From Pseudanabaena cinerea FACHB-1277 (GTDB taxonomy: Bacteria > Cyanobacteriota > Cyanobacteriia > Pseudanabaenales > Pseudanabaenaceae): a stretch of DNA of 32,000 nucleotides. A model generated the notes under the pieces. It was not told the origin of the DNA, did no database searches, and was given only the letters and a program-made list of their open reading frames with translations. The stretch lies in NCBI RefSeq assembly GCF_014696345.1, contig NZ_JACJPY010000028.1, positions 19,151 to 51,150 of the forward strand. The letters run 5' to 3'. The translations under genes were made by a program, and so were the position numbers. Within the stretch, counting starts at the first letter, position 1. Every line of letters starts with the position of its first letter. Shown one piece after another: positions 7,855-17,713 of the stretch.

Positions 7855-9056
7855 TATCTCATGTAGTAATTGGCATTTCGGGCGGCATTGCTGCTTACAA
7901 AGTTTGTGAAGTGGTTTCCAGTTTGGCAAAGCGTGGGATCGAAGTGCGCGTAATTCTTACCGAAGCAGCATCGGCATTTGTCACGCCCCTCACCTTCGCC
8001 ACCCTGTCGCGCCATCCCGCCTATACCGATGCTGACTTTTGGCAACCTACCAATGGTCGCCCCCTGCATATCGAGTTAGCAGAATGGGCGGATTTAATTC
8101 TCTTAGCACCTGTTACCGCCAACACTTTAGCGAAACTTGCCTATGGCATGGCAGATAATTTGTTACTGAATACAGTCATCGCTGCCGATTGTCCAGTTCT
8201 CTTTGCGCCAGCGATGAATACCACCATGTGGCTACAGCCAACGGTGCAGGAAAATTGGCGAAAATTATTAGCGTTCCCTCGCTATGGCGCGATCGCCCCC
8301 ACGGCTGGCATTCTCGCCTGTGATGCCGTTGGCACGGGGCGCATGGCAGAGCCAGAAACTATTTTGGAATATATAGAATCATGGTTATGGACTAATGGAA
8401 GGCAAGACCTCAAGGGAAAAACTGTATTAGTGAATGCGGGGGGAACTCGTGAATTTATCGATCCTGTACGCTTTATTGGCAATCCATCCACAGGCAAACA
8501 GGGCATCGCGATCGCCAAAGCCGCTATCCATCGCGGCGCAAAATTGATCTTAGTTAAGGCGGGAAGTTTAGAAATTCAATCCGATTTGCAACTACAAACT
8601 ATTAGTGTTGATAGTGCTAGAGAAATGCAAGAAGCGATGCAAATAGCCATGCCCATTGCTGATATAGCGATCGCTGCTGCCGCCATTGGCGATGTGCGAA
8701 CCACATGGCAAAGCGATCGTAAGTTACCCAAATCAGAATTACCGCTCCATTGGCAAATGGAATATATCCCTGATATTATCGCCAATCTCGCCCAGCAAAA
8801 GCAATCTGCACAAATTCTTGTAGGTTTTGCCGCTCAGACTGGTTCTGAGTCGGAAATTATCGCCGCCGCGCTGGATAAGCTGCAACGCAAAGGACTAGAT
8901 GCGATCGCTGCCAATGCGGTCAACCATGCTGAAACAGGCTTTGGCACTGACACCAATCAAGCCATATTTTTACACAAAGACGGCAAACAGCAACAAACGC
9001 CCCTCTGTTCCAAATTGGAATTAGCCCACCGTTTATTTGACTTTTTAGCTAGTTGA
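7842..9056 (+). CDS. coaBC: bifunctional phosphopantothenoylcysteine decarboxylase / phosphopantothenate-cysteine ligase
   Basis: 404 aa. It has an N-terminal flavoprotein motif ([11 protein letters not shown]) and PAMNTTMW, and a C-terminal CoaB half ([25 protein letters not shown]). It overlaps dusA by 13 nt. Confidence 0.9.
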   Translation: MSRVISHVVIGISGGIAAYKVCEVVSSLAKRGIEVRVILTEAASAFVTPLTFATLSRHPAYTDADFWQPTNGRPLHIELAEWADLILLAPVTANTLAKLAYGMADNLLLNTVIAADCPVLFAPAMNTTMWLQPTVQENWRKLLAFPRYGAIAPTAGILACDAVGTGRMAEPETILEYIESWLWTNGRQDLKGKTVLVNAGGTREFIDPVRFIGNPSTGKQGIAIAKAAIHRGAKLILVKAGSLEIQSDLQLQTISVDSAREMQEAMQIAMPIADIAIAAAAIGDVRTTWQSDRKLPKSELPLHWQMEYIPDIIANLAQQKQSAQILVGFAAQTGSESEIIAAALDKLQRKGLDAIAANAVNHAETGFGTDTNQAIFLHKDGKQQQTPLCSKLELAHRLFDFLAS

Positions 9057-9174
9057 CCGACAACCTAAAAAGCGAGAAAGCGAAAAAGCTATAGCGATCG
9101 CTTTGAACGTTTGGGGGTTGTGCTTCAGTTACACTAGAGGGAGTCATTTTATAAAAAATCATAAAAAACTATAT

Positions 9175-11097
9175 ATGCGGCTAAGTGAAATTACTCATCC
9201 TAATCAATTGCATGGGCTGACGATCTCGCAGTTGGAAGCGATCGCCAAGGAAATCAGGCAAAAACATTTGGAAACCATCGCCGCCACAGGCGGACACCTA
9301 GGACCTGGGCTAGGCGTGGTCGAGCTAACCCTCGGCTTGTACCAAACCCTCGATCTTGATCGCGATAAGGTCGTTTGGGACGTTGGGCATCAGGCATATC
9401 CCCATAAACTGATCACGGGACGCTACAAAGATTTCCATACCCTGCGGCAAAAGGATGGCATCGCTGGCTATCTCAACCGTCGCGAAAGTGAATTCGATCA
9501 TTTTGGCGCTGGTCATGCTTCCACTAGTATTTCCGCAGCTCTTGGCATGGCGATCGCCCGTGACCTCCAAGGCGAAAATTATAAAACCGTAGCGATCATC
9601 GGTGATGGCTCCCTCACAGGTGGCATGGCACTAGAAGCGATCAACCATGCAGGACATCTGCCTAAAACTAATTTGTTGGTTGTTCTCAATGACAATGAAA
9701 TGTCAATTTCTGCCAATGTGGGCGCAATTCCCAAGTACCTCAATAAAATGCGCCTCAGCCCACCGATGAAATTTATCACCAACAATCTCGAAGGGCAGAT
9801 CCGCAATATCCCCTTTGTCGGCGAACAAATCAGCCCCGAAATCGAACGCATCAAGGACAATATCAAAATTGTGACTATGGTGCAGAATAAAGTCGGAGCC
9901 GTATTTGAAGAACTCGGCTTTACCTATATTGGTCCCGTGGATGGTCACAACCTCAAGGAATTGATCGACACCTTCAAAATGGCGCATAAGCTCACAGGTC
10001 CTGTCATGGTTCACGTTAGCACCACCAAGGGCAAGGGTTACAGCTACGCCGAAGCCGATCGCGTGGGCTACCATGCTCAAAATTCCTTTGACCTCGCCAC
10101 GGGCAAAGCCAAACCCTCTAGCTCTAGCAAGCCCAAGCCGCCTAGCTATTCCAAGGTTTTTGCCGATACCTTGATCCAACTTGCCAAGCATGACAAGCGC
10201 ATCGTTGCCATTACCGCCGCCATGTCTACGGGTACGGGTTTAGATAAATTCCAGGCTGCCTTACCCCATCAGTTTGTGGATGTTGGCATTGCCGAACAGC
10301 ACGCGATTACCCTTGCCGCAGGGATGGCTTGCGAAGGAATGCGCCCCGTTGCCGCCATTTACTCCACCTTTTTGCAACGTGGCTTTGATCAAATCATCCA
10401 TGATGTCTGTATCCAGAATCTGCCCGTCTTTTTCTGTCTTGATCGCGCAGGCATTGTCGGAGCCGATGGTCCCACCCATCAAGGGATGTATGACATCGCC
10501 TATCTGCGCTGCATTCCCAATATCGTGCTGATGGCTCCTAAGGACGAAGCCGAAATGCAAAGCATGATTGTTACGGGCTTAACTCACAATGGCGCGATCG
10601 CGATGCGTTATCCTCGTGGTAATGGGGTGGGCACACCTCTGCAAGATGAGGATATTGAGCCATTACCCATCGGCAAAGCGGAAGTATTGCGCGAAGGTAA
10701 GGATCTATTGCTATTGGCATATGGCTCAATGGTCTATCCATCTTTGCAGGTTGCTGAACTCTTGAATGAACATGGTGTCAGCGCCACAGTGGTTAATGCC
10801 AGATTTGCTAAGCCCTTGGATATAGATTTAATTCTGCCCCTTGCTCAAAAGATTGGTAAGGTTGTCACCCTTGAAGAAGGCTGCTTGATGGGTGGTTTTG
10901 GTAGCGCGGTTTTAGAGGCGTTGAATGATGCTAATGTGCTTGCGCCTGTTTACCGCATTGGCGTTCCCGATATTCTTGTAGAACACGCTTCGCCAGAGCA
11001 GTCCTTCAATTCCCTCGGCTTATCCAGTGGACAAATCTGCGATCGCATCCTCAACCAGTTTGTGTTTAATCGTCAGGAGCAAGCTGCTGTTAAGTAG
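9175..11097 (+). CDS. dxs: 1-deoxy-D-xylulose-5-phosphate synthase
   Basis: The ATG at 9175 gives [15 protein letters not shown]. Also present: [27 protein letters not shown], the TPP motif [13 protein letters not shown]...NDN and [10 protein letters not shown]. The ORF-track start at 9103 is an upstream alternative start. Confidence 0.95.
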   Translation: MRLSEITHPNQLHGLTISQLEAIAKEIRQKHLETIAATGGHLGPGLGVVELTLGLYQTLDLDRDKVVWDVGHQAYPHKLITGRYKDFHTLRQKDGIAGYLNRRESEFDHFGAGHASTSISAALGMAIARDLQGENYKTVAIIGDGSLTGGMALEAINHAGHLPKTNLLVVLNDNEMSISANVGAIPKYLNKMRLSPPMKFITNNLEGQIRNIPFVGEQISPEIERIKDNIKIVTMVQNKVGAVFEELGFTYIGPVDGHNLKELIDTFKMAHKLTGPVMVHVSTTKGKGYSYAEADRVGYHAQNSFDLATGKAKPSSSSKPKPPSYSKVFADTLIQLAKHDKRIVAITAAMSTGTGLDKFQAALPHQFVDVGIAEQHAITLAAGMACEGMRPVAAIYSTFLQRGFDQIIHDVCIQNLPVFFCLDRAGIVGADGPTHQGMYDIAYLRCIPNIVLMAPKDEAEMQSMIVTGLTHNGAIAMRYPRGNGVGTPLQDEDIEPLPIGKAEVLREGKDLLLLAYGSMVYPSLQVAELLNEHGVSATVVNARFAKPLDIDLILPLAQKIGKVVTLEEGCLMGGFGSAVLEALNDANVLAPVYRIGVPDILVEHASPEQSFNSLGLSSGQICDRILNQFVFNRQEQAAVK

Positions 11098-11123
11098 ATA
11101 AAATCCTTTTGATTCCCCCCCAG

Positions 11124-11242
11124 CCCCCCTTGTGAAGGGGGGAGAAAAAAATTCCTCCCCATTTTTAAGGGGGATTGAGGGAGGTCTTTACCTTCAGAAA
11201 ATTCCTCCCCCCTTCGCAAGGGGGATTGAGAGGGGTCTCTAC
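11124..11242. repeat. C/G-hairpin mini-elements: one CCCCCC/GGGGGG hairpin plus two ~48-nt direct repeats
   Basis: The hairpin is CCCCCC (11124-29), loop TTGTGAA, GGGGGG (11137-42). Unit 1 spans about 11144-11192 and unit 2 about 11196-11242. Both read GAAAATTCCTCCCC..AAGGGGGATTGAG.G.GGTCT.TAC. They lie between the convergent dxs gene and the 145-aa gene. Confidence 0.85.
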
Positions 11243-11676
11243 TTATTGTTAAACACTTCCAGAGCTTGGCGACAGAATTGCCTTAACTTTTCTGAGCCAT
11301 CTTCCATCGGCAACTTATCGCCAAAAAACTGCCAACTCTCAACGGTCGAGAAGCGCCATCGCTCTCCCTTAAAGTCGTGACCGCAGGCTTCAATACCGAT
11401 CGCCCGCAAATCTTGATCCACAGGATCTTCATAGAGTCGGATTTGAAAAAGAATACTGCGTACCTTCAGCCGCCAACTCACCCCAGGAAAATGGAATCCA
11501 ATATCAATGGAATCTGGATCGAGCAGGCGGCGGGTATCAGAATTATTCAGCCAAGGCTTGAGATCGGAACCTGCGGCAGGATAAATCTCCTTAAACAGGT
11601 TAACAACTGTAGCAATTTTGGTGGCTAGTTCGACATTTCTCGCTTGTTCGGCGGCATTCACAGGCAAGCTCCTCAA
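11239..11676 (-). CDS. hypothetical protein (no domain recognised)
   Basis: 145-aa ORF with native-like composition. The listed start at 11676 is TTG. A GTG at 11661 preceded by GAGGAG is an alternative. Confidence 0.55.
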   Translation of the reverse strand: MRSLPVNAAEQARNVELATKIATVVNLFKEIYPAAGSDLKPWLNNSDTRRLLDPDSIDIGFHFPGVSWRLKVRSILFQIRLYEDPVDQDLRAIGIEACGHDFKGERWRFSTVESWQFFGDKLPMEDGSEKLRQFCRQALEVFNNK

Positions 11677-11894
11677 AAATACTTTTATGGCTTTGTTTAG
11701 GGTAAATTCATTTACCTAGCGATCGCTGTAACGATTGCTATAATTCTAGGCTTTTTGACAAATTTTGTGGCGATCGCCCAAGCCTAAAACCAAGGGGTGA
11801 AATTAAGCAATCCTTTAGGGTGAAGAGATTATCACAGCGATCGCCCTAATATTGAAAATACTGGTTAAAAACTAGCTAGCACTTCAGTTAGAGA

Positions 11895-12467
11895 ATGATC
11901 GCTATGATGTCCATCCAAAACGCAAGCCCCTACTCTCCAACTCACAGCAATAACCAACCTCCCAAATTTAATGCTCTTGCGATGGGGATGGCAATCAAGA
12001 GTATGTACGAGCAGGGACGCAAAGACTTTAATTGTGAAAACCTAGCAGGATTGAAACTGTCCTGCTGTAAGCTTCCATCTATCAGTCTGAATAGCTCTGA
12101 TCTGCGCGATGCTGATTTAGATTTGACAGATCTCAGTGGGGCAAATTTGCAGGGAGCCAACCTTGAGCGATCGACCTTAAGCTTTACCAATCTTAGAAGA
12201 GCAAATTTAAGTAATGCTAATTTGCAAGGGGCAAATTTAAGTGGCGCAGATTTGCAAGGGGCATTATTACGGGGTGCAAATTTACAAAATGCTAATTTAC
12301 GAGGCGCAAATTTGAGTCATGCTTATTTAGAATTTGCAGATTTACAGGGAGCAGACTTGACGGGGGCGAATTGTTTTGGATGCAACTTGAGCTACAGCAA
12401 AATCAGCGATACCGATTTTACTGATGTAAACCTTAATAGGGCTAATTTAGTTGGTACGGGTTTCTAG
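11895..12467 (+). CDS. pentapeptide repeat protein
   Basis: Long run of A(D/N)LxG-type pentapeptides, for example ANLQGANLERSTL...ANLSNANLQGANLSGADLQGALLRGANLQNANLRGANL. Confidence 0.9.
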   Translation: MIAMMSIQNASPYSPTHSNNQPPKFNALAMGMAIKSMYEQGRKDFNCENLAGLKLSCCKLPSISLNSSDLRDADLDLTDLSGANLQGANLERSTLSFTNLRRANLSNANLQGANLSGADLQGALLRGANLQNANLRGANLSHAYLEFADLQGADLTGANCFGCNLSYSKISDTDFTDVNLNRANLVGTGF

Positions 12468-12483
12468 AGCTTTGCTAAAACGT

Positions 12484-12538
12484 AAAACCAAGGAATTGAG
12501 TGGCGGCGCGAAGCACCGCCACTCAATTCTTTAGTTTT
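12484..12538. terminator. bidirectional terminator hairpin between convergent genes
   Basis: AAAACCAAGGAATTGAGTGGCGG / CCGCCACTCAATTCTTTAGTTTT forms a roughly 23-bp stem with 2 mismatches. The core arms GAATTGAGTGGCGG (12493-12506) and CCGCCACTCAATTC (12516-12529) are perfect. It is flanked by an A-run and a T-run. Confidence 0.75.
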
Positions 12539-12554
12539 GGGTAAATGATTATCC

Positions 12555-13892
12555 CTAGCTAATCCCGATCGCCAAACGGTTATAGACCGTTGCCAAGGCT
12601 TGGGCATCGCCAACATTGCCAGGGAAAAGCACAACGGGCAGTTCAGGGAATCGTGGGTGATCGGCAGGGGTTTTGACAACGGAGCAACCCGCTAAAATTT
12701 GCCCTAATAATCTTGCGGTCGGTAGATTTAGCCCCGTACTCAGCACATCATTAGAGGTAATGCCACCCTTGCTAATCAGAAAGCCGATATCATTTGGTAA
12801 TTCCTGCACGATCGCCATCAACAAAGCGGACACAGACTGACCAAAGGCAAGGCGAGTGGTGATATCTTCAAATACTAATTCTTGGCGACTGGTGAAGACC
12901 ACTGCCGTTTTCCCCTGTGCATGGGCTTGATAGACCTGAGCTAGTGCTTCTTGTTTGAGAAGCTCTGACTGGGCGCTATCCGCCAACAATCGCGCCACCT
13001 CGATTTCCACTGGCACTGTGTTCGCAGCCTTGAGCAAATTTTCTAACTGCTCAGTGGTTTTCTTGACATGGGAACCCACGATCGCTACTCCCGCTTTGGG
13101 CGATCGCATATATTTCGACATCTCTGCCGCCGCGATGGGCTGGGGTGGCAATTTAGCTAGGGCGGTCAATATACTAGCGGCACTGCGAAATAAAAAGCGC
13201 TTGCCCATTGCCGCCACAGCCAAAATATCAGCAGCAAATTGATTGAGATCCCCTTGGTTTTCGGCATCCACCACACAACATTGATTGTCATGCAGGCGTT
13301 GCAAGCGTTGACGACTGCCTGCCCTGATGTCTGACAATAGGAAGCGCTCCACCTTGTCCGCAGGGATGCGCCCCTTGGTCTTTTCTGCCACATAGTCGGG
13401 TAGATAGCTATGGGTATAGCCAAATACTGAATCTTTGGCGAATTCTGTTTCATGGACTGGTGTGGGTACGCCATTGACCACAAGGTAATGCACGCTCGCT
13501 TTGGTAAAGCGTCCACCTTCAAAAAATGCGGGTACAAGGAAATGGGCATCAAAACCACCTAGCTCTTCGGCGATCGCATCGGTTTCGATGGGGTAATGTC
13601 CGCGCAGGGTCGAGTCAGAGCGACTGACGATCATAAATTCTTGAATATTTTCCGCAGCGATCGCAATTTTTAAGTTCTGACAAACTTCGCGGGTGACATG
13701 GGTCGCATCTTCAGGGGTCAGCGATCGCGTATTTGTCAGCACAAACATAATCGGCGCAGCATCAGCTAAGCCAATCCGCAGAGTATCGACATCCCATCGA
13801 GTTAGTAATAGACAGCTATGCACAGTCTGAGAGCCTGTGGGATCATCGTCAAGCACAATAATTTTGGGTTGTCGGGAAGAAGTTGCTGCCAT
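12555..13892 (-). CDS. four-carbon acid sugar kinase family protein (DUF1537-type)
   Basis: 445 aa. The N-terminal IIVLDDDPTGSQTV motif and the overall length are typical of the DUF1537/YgbK kinase family. Confidence 0.7.
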   Translation of the reverse strand: MAATSSRQPKIIVLDDDPTGSQTVHSCLLLTRWDVDTLRIGLADAAPIMFVLTNTRSLTPEDATHVTREVCQNLKIAIAAENIQEFMIVSRSDSTLRGHYPIETDAIAEELGGFDAHFLVPAFFEGGRFTKASVHYLVVNGVPTPVHETEFAKDSVFGYTHSYLPDYVAEKTKGRIPADKVERFLLSDIRAGSRQRLQRLHDNQCCVVDAENQGDLNQFAADILAVAAMGKRFLFRSAASILTALAKLPPQPIAAAEMSKYMRSPKAGVAIVGSHVKKTTEQLENLLKAANTVPVEIEVARLLADSAQSELLKQEALAQVYQAHAQGKTAVVFTSRQELVFEDITTRLAFGQSVSALLMAIVQELPNDIGFLISKGGITSNDVLSTGLNLPTARLLGQILAGCSVVKTPADHPRFPELPVVLFPGNVGDAQALATVYNRLAIGIS

Positions 13893-13940
13893 TACAGTTG
13901 GATTAAAGTCCGATAGGATGCGTAGATTACATTCACCAAA

Positions 13941-13977
13941 GATACAGCGCTTTGGGCTGAATTAAAACCCATAGAGA
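13941..13977. repeat. dispersed ~35-nt motif, copy A
   Basis: GATACAGCGCTTTGGGCTGAATTAAAACCCATAGAGA. It aligns with copies at 17583 and 17981 and lies 48 nt upstream of the minus-strand kinase ATG. Confidence 0.75.
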
Positions 13978-14026
13978 ATCACGAAAGCTCAGCCAAGCCG
14001 CACTATCCTAATTCTCTATGCCAATT

Positions 14027-14926
14027 TTACCGATTGCAACTCTGTCGCCCTAAAGCCACACATACAATTACTCCCGAAGCAAAGCCGATGGTCGAAAAAG
14101 TCAATGGCTCTTGGAGTAGAAATGAAGAGGCTAAAATTGTTAAAAATGGTTGTATTAGCTGCAATTGCCCAATTTTGGCAATTCCCCCCAAAAATAAACC
14201 GCGATACCAAGAAAAGAAGCCGATAAACATACTAAATAGGCTGACATAGCAAAAACCTAACCATGCCTCCCTCGAAATCGCCGAAACCGATGCGGGTGCA
14301 TGGTGCAGCACAATGGGCAGCAAACAGGGTAAAACAATCACCAAAGACCAGCAAATTACTTGCCAAGAGCCAAAAGTCCTGGCTAAAACTGTCCCTTCGG
14401 CATAGCTAAAACTGGCGGTAATCACTGAGCCTAGCAGGGCGACATCGGCAAAACTAATATTGCCAGTCCCAGAGGTCAGTGCAAAGGTCATGACCAAACC
14501 ACTACCTGCGATCGCGCAAAGCCAAAACTGCCAATTAGCTCGCTCTCCGCCACGCCATACCCCAAACAGCGCCGTTGCTAGAGGCATCAGCCCAATGATT
14601 ACCGCCCCATAGGAGGCTGAAGCATCCCGCATCGCTAAGCTAGACAGCAATGGGAAGCCAATAATGCCACCACTTGCCACCACGATAAAATTAGGAAAAA
14701 AGCGCCAAGATGGAATTGTTTGTTTAGTTGCCACCAATAGCACAATGGACAAACAAGCCGCCACCACTGCCCTGCCTAAGCCCACAAATACAGGATCAAG
14801 TCCCGTTAGTGCCATTCGCGTTGCTGGCAAAGTCAGGCTAAATATCATTACCCCAAATGCACCATAGATTAGTCCCCATAGCTCTTGTTTAGGATCTTTG
14901 GGCTGTGTTTTTTGAGATACATTCAT
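14027..14926 (-). CDS. DMT-superfamily (EamA-like) transporter
   Basis: 299 aa. It is hydrophobic throughout, with about 10 membrane-spanning segments in two halves, as in EamA-domain permeases. Confidence 0.75.
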   Translation of the reverse strand: MNVSQKTQPKDPKQELWGLIYGAFGVMIFSLTLPATRMALTGLDPVFVGLGRAVVAACLSIVLLVATKQTIPSWRFFPNFIVVASGGIIGFPLLSSLAMRDASASYGAVIIGLMPLATALFGVWRGGERANWQFWLCAIAGSGLVMTFALTSGTGNISFADVALLGSVITASFSYAEGTVLARTFGSWQVICWSLVIVLPCLLPIVLHHAPASVSAISREAWLGFCYVSLFSMFIGFFSWYRGLFLGGIAKIGQLQLIQPFLTILASSFLLQEPLTFSTIGFASGVIVCVALGRQSCNR

Positions 14927-14958
14927 TTTTTGATATGGGGCCTGTAGTTGGCATTGCT

Positions 14959-15672
14959 TTAATAAAAGGGTTTAAGAACCTGCAAAATCACGGCAGCAGC
15001 TCTTTTAGCGTCCTCAGGCTGATCGAGGGTTTGACTGACTTGTATCAATTGATCTTCTAATCCTTCAAAAGTTTCATAAGCCTGAAAAATCAACTGAATC
15101 AAATCATCTAGGTCGTACGTGTAAAGGGCTGACCAGTCTTTCTCCTGAGGGCTAAAACGATAATGCAAACTAGAGAATAGCAGTATTTTTGCATGGAGAG
15201 GACTTATATTCCGTGAGATGTCGGCACGCAAATCGAAGAGATTTGTGAGATATTTCAGATTGTGGCGATGGGGAATCGTGTCATGGTCGGTTTTTTGATC
15301 TATAAATGGTGCTGTTTTTTGGGCGATCGCCAGTCCTTCAGGATCAAGAAAACTAGGGGGCAGATGTCCATCATCGCGCAGGGTATACAAAAAGCCAATA
15401 CTATCGATCAGGCTATCGGCGGCGAGTAAATAGTCTGCTTGCTTACTTAATTGTTTGACATGGCTATTGAGAGTTTGTTTGAGGTTCTTGAGTTCAGGAA
15501 ACATAATCATCAATTCACGCACAAGTTGCCGAACGTGCAACGCTCTAATTTCGTTGACATCGTTAGACCAAGTATCATGACAGGTAAAGAGGATGAGTCG
15601 TTTGATGCGAAGTACATTGCTGTCCTGTTCCAAACTATCAATTACTTCCTCCAGAAGATTAGCATCTTCCAT
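14959..15672 (-). CDS. hypothetical protein (no domain recognised)
   Basis: 237-aa ORF with an ATG start and native composition. It is on the same strand as, and close to, the flanking genes. Confidence 0.6.
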   Translation of the reverse strand: MEDANLLEEVIDSLEQDSNVLRIKRLILFTCHDTWSNDVNEIRALHVRQLVRELMIMFPELKNLKQTLNSHVKQLSKQADYLLAADSLIDSIGFLYTLRDDGHLPPSFLDPEGLAIAQKTAPFIDQKTDHDTIPHRHNLKYLTNLFDLRADISRNISPLHAKILLFSSLHYRFSPQEKDWSALYTYDLDDLIQLIFQAYETFEGLEDQLIQVSQTLDQPEDAKRAAAVILQVLKPFY

Positions 15673-15734
15673 ATTTTTTTCGGTATTGATGAAGGTGGCA
15701 AGATTTGTGGCGATCGCCAGATGAAATTAGATGA

Positions 15735-15778
15735 GATCAAACAAGGTCAAAGCCGATCTTGCTTGATCTTGTTTGATC
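15735..15778. repeat. 11-bp perfect inverted repeat
   Basis: GATCAAACAAG (15735-15745) and CTTGTTTGATC (15768-15778) are separated by 22 nt. It lies between the pentapeptide gene 3' end and the 237-aa gene start, both on the minus strand. Confidence 0.7.
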
Positions 15779-15826
15779 AAAGCACTCTGCGTCAAGGTTA
15801 ACAATACTAATTTTGCTCAATTCCAA

Positions 15827-16822
15827 CTAAAGCCGATGCACTTTACCATCGGGCATAGTCGTGCCACTGAAGATCGTGCCAATGGTACTAGCGCCACTCA
15901 GCTCTGCACGGGTAAGAATGGCTTCGCTAAAGTCGGCTCCATCTAGATTAGCCCTCACCAAATAAGCATCCACAAGGCTAGCTTGGCTGAGATTTGCACC
16001 ATCTAGCAGCGATCGTGATAGATCACAGCCCGTTAAGACTGCCTGAATCAAGCCCGCACTGCTAAGGGTTGCCATGCTCATATTTGCCTTGGTCAGATTT
16101 GCACCAAATAAGTTGGCAAGGTGAAGATTAGCATTTTTGAGATCGACCCTAGTTAAATTTGCACCCTTGAAATTTGCCTCTGTCAAGTTAACGCTACTAA
16201 AATTGGCTTCAGGCGCAATCAGATCGATCGCGATCGCGCCACTGAGATTTGCCCCTTGTAGATTTACCCTCGATAAGGTTGCCCCACTTAAGTTTGCCCC
16301 TGAGAGATCCACTCCCGACAAGTCCGCACCACTGAGATTTGCACCGCGCAAGTCAGCCTTACGCAAATTTGCGCCATTCATGGTGGTGGGTGGATAGCCA
16401 CGCTCCTCCCGCATCAAAGCGGCGCTGAGAATGGCACAACGCAGATTTGCGCCACGTAAGTTCACACTGCGTAAATCCGCCTCCACTAAGTTGGCATCCA
16501 TCAAATTTGCCAATGATAGGTTAGAACCAAATAGATTAGCCCTTTGCAACATTGCGCCATGCAAATCTGCTTCAGACAGATTGGCATTCATGATGATCGC
16601 CTGATTGAGGGTTGCCCCACCGAGCTTTGCCCCCGTGAGGTTGGCATGGTTGAGCGTAACTTTGTTGAGATAAGCAAATACAAAGCTAGATCGGCGCAGA
16701 TCTGACTTAGACAGATTTGCGCCAATAAGATCACTATTGTAAAAATTGACATTGGCAAGATTGAGTCCAGAAAAGTCACGCCGTCCAGCCGTATATTCTT
16801 TTAAAAGTTTTTCCACACTCAT
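15827..16822 (-). CDS. pentapeptide repeat protein
   Basis: 331 aa, almost entirely A(N/D)LxG pentapeptides, for example ANLSGADLSGVDLSGANLSGATLSRVNLQGANLSG. Confidence 0.9.
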   Translation of the reverse strand: MSVEKLLKEYTAGRRDFSGLNLANVNFYNSDLIGANLSKSDLRRSSFVFAYLNKVTLNHANLTGAKLGGATLNQAIIMNANLSEADLHGAMLQRANLFGSNLSLANLMDANLVEADLRSVNLRGANLRCAILSAALMREERGYPPTTMNGANLRKADLRGANLSGADLSGVDLSGANLSGATLSRVNLQGANLSGAIAIDLIAPEANFSSVNLTEANFKGANLTRVDLKNANLHLANLFGANLTKANMSMATLSSAGLIQAVLTGCDLSRSLLDGANLSQASLVDAYLVRANLDGADFSEAILTRAELSGASTIGTIFSGTTMPDGKVHRL

Positions 16823-16833
16823 GGTTTGCAGAG

Positions 16834-17499
16834 CTAGTTAGTTGAGTTGGACTGGTCGGATTTAAAGCTAAATTCTGTACCATTTAGCAATCTTTCAATA
16901 TTAGATCGGTGTAACCAGATCACAAACATACAGCCAACGGTTACAAAAATGGAATAGGCTATATTGCTTTGTAATGTCCACATCAAAATTGGCGCGATCA
17001 TGGCAGCAGAAATTGAACTGAGGGAGACAATGCGCCAGATTGCCATTATGCCTAGCCAAACACCAAGGGCGGCGATCGCCACCGTCCAATTCAATACGAA
17101 TAAAATACCGACACCCGTTGCCACCGATTTGCCCCCCTTAAATCCGAGCCAAACTGGGCGACTGTGACCAATTAAAGCCAACATGCCTGCCCCAATTACA
17201 AATAAAGATAAATTGGGGATGGGCGATCTCGTTTGCTCAAGGACAAAGGCATTAAAAACTAAGCTTTGTAGAAACTCAGCAGACTGCATCATCAAGATCG
17301 CGATCGCCCCCTTCGCAAAGTCCACCACAAACACCGTGATCCCTGCAACTCTGCCCACATTGCGCCAAACATTTGTGGCTCCTGTCGATCCTGAGCCAAG
17401 CAGGCGAATATCAATACCTTGCCACCTGCCCACTAAGTAACCCGTGGGTAGAGATCCCAAAAGATAAGCGATCGCCAGCAAGAGATAGGGAAACCACAT
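16834..17499 (-). CDS. plsY: glycerol-3-phosphate acyltransferase PlsY
   Basis: The ATG at 17499 gives MWFPYLLLAIAYLLGSLPTGYLVGR...GSGSTGATNVWR, a PlsY signature. The 51-aa upstream extension in the ORF track is non-homologous. Confidence 0.85.
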   Translation of the reverse strand: MWFPYLLLAIAYLLGSLPTGYLVGRWQGIDIRLLGSGSTGATNVWRNVGRVAGITVFVVDFAKGAIAILMMQSAEFLQSLVFNAFVLEQTRSPIPNLSLFVIGAGMLALIGHSRPVWLGFKGGKSVATGVGILFVLNWTVAIAALGVWLGIMAIWRIVSLSSISAAMIAPILMWTLQSNIAYSIFVTVGCMFVIWLHRSNIERLLNGTEFSFKSDQSNSTN

Positions 17500-17582
17500 A
17501 TGTGTAATACATAAATATATAGTGAAATTGTGGCAAAAACACAGTAGATATAGGGCGTTACAGCGTGGAAAAATTGCCAAAA

Positions 17583-17620
17583 TGTTACAGCGCTTTACGC
17601 TGACTAAAAACCCAGAAAGA
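17583..17620. repeat. dispersed ~35-nt motif, copy B
   Basis: TGTTACAGCGCTTTACGCTGACTAAAAACCCAGAAAGA, 83 nt upstream of the plsY ATG on the minus strand. A partial extra copy, GTTACAGCGT, lies at 17557-17566. Confidence 0.75.
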
Positions 17621-17713
17621 TGATTGAAGGTGTCACAAAACCCAGCTTTCAATAATCTTTCTGTACTACTAAAAGCCTTGATCGACTAAAAGGATCGGGC
17701 ATTTAATGCGGCA

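Noticed and set aside
9325-10560. Several 80-160-aa ORFs antisense to or overlapping dxs (similar cases exist inside the kinase, FAD oxidoreductase, pentapeptide and rpsB genes)
   Set aside because: They are shadow ORFs within strongly supported genes, with no motifs, and their composition mirrors the sense strand.
11132-11380. 82-aa plus-strand ORF after dxs
   Set aside because: Its first half is simply the translation of the two direct repeat units. The rest is antisense to the better-supported 145-aa minus-strand ORF.
16834-17652. N-terminal extensions of the ORF-track models for plsY (and likewise glcD 21298-22908, AKR 26857-27990, dxs 9103-, DUF1995 6041-, UDG -1451)
   Set aside because: The extensions are non-homologous and often start at TTG or GTG. 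Internal ATGs coincide with the conserved N-termini of the families.
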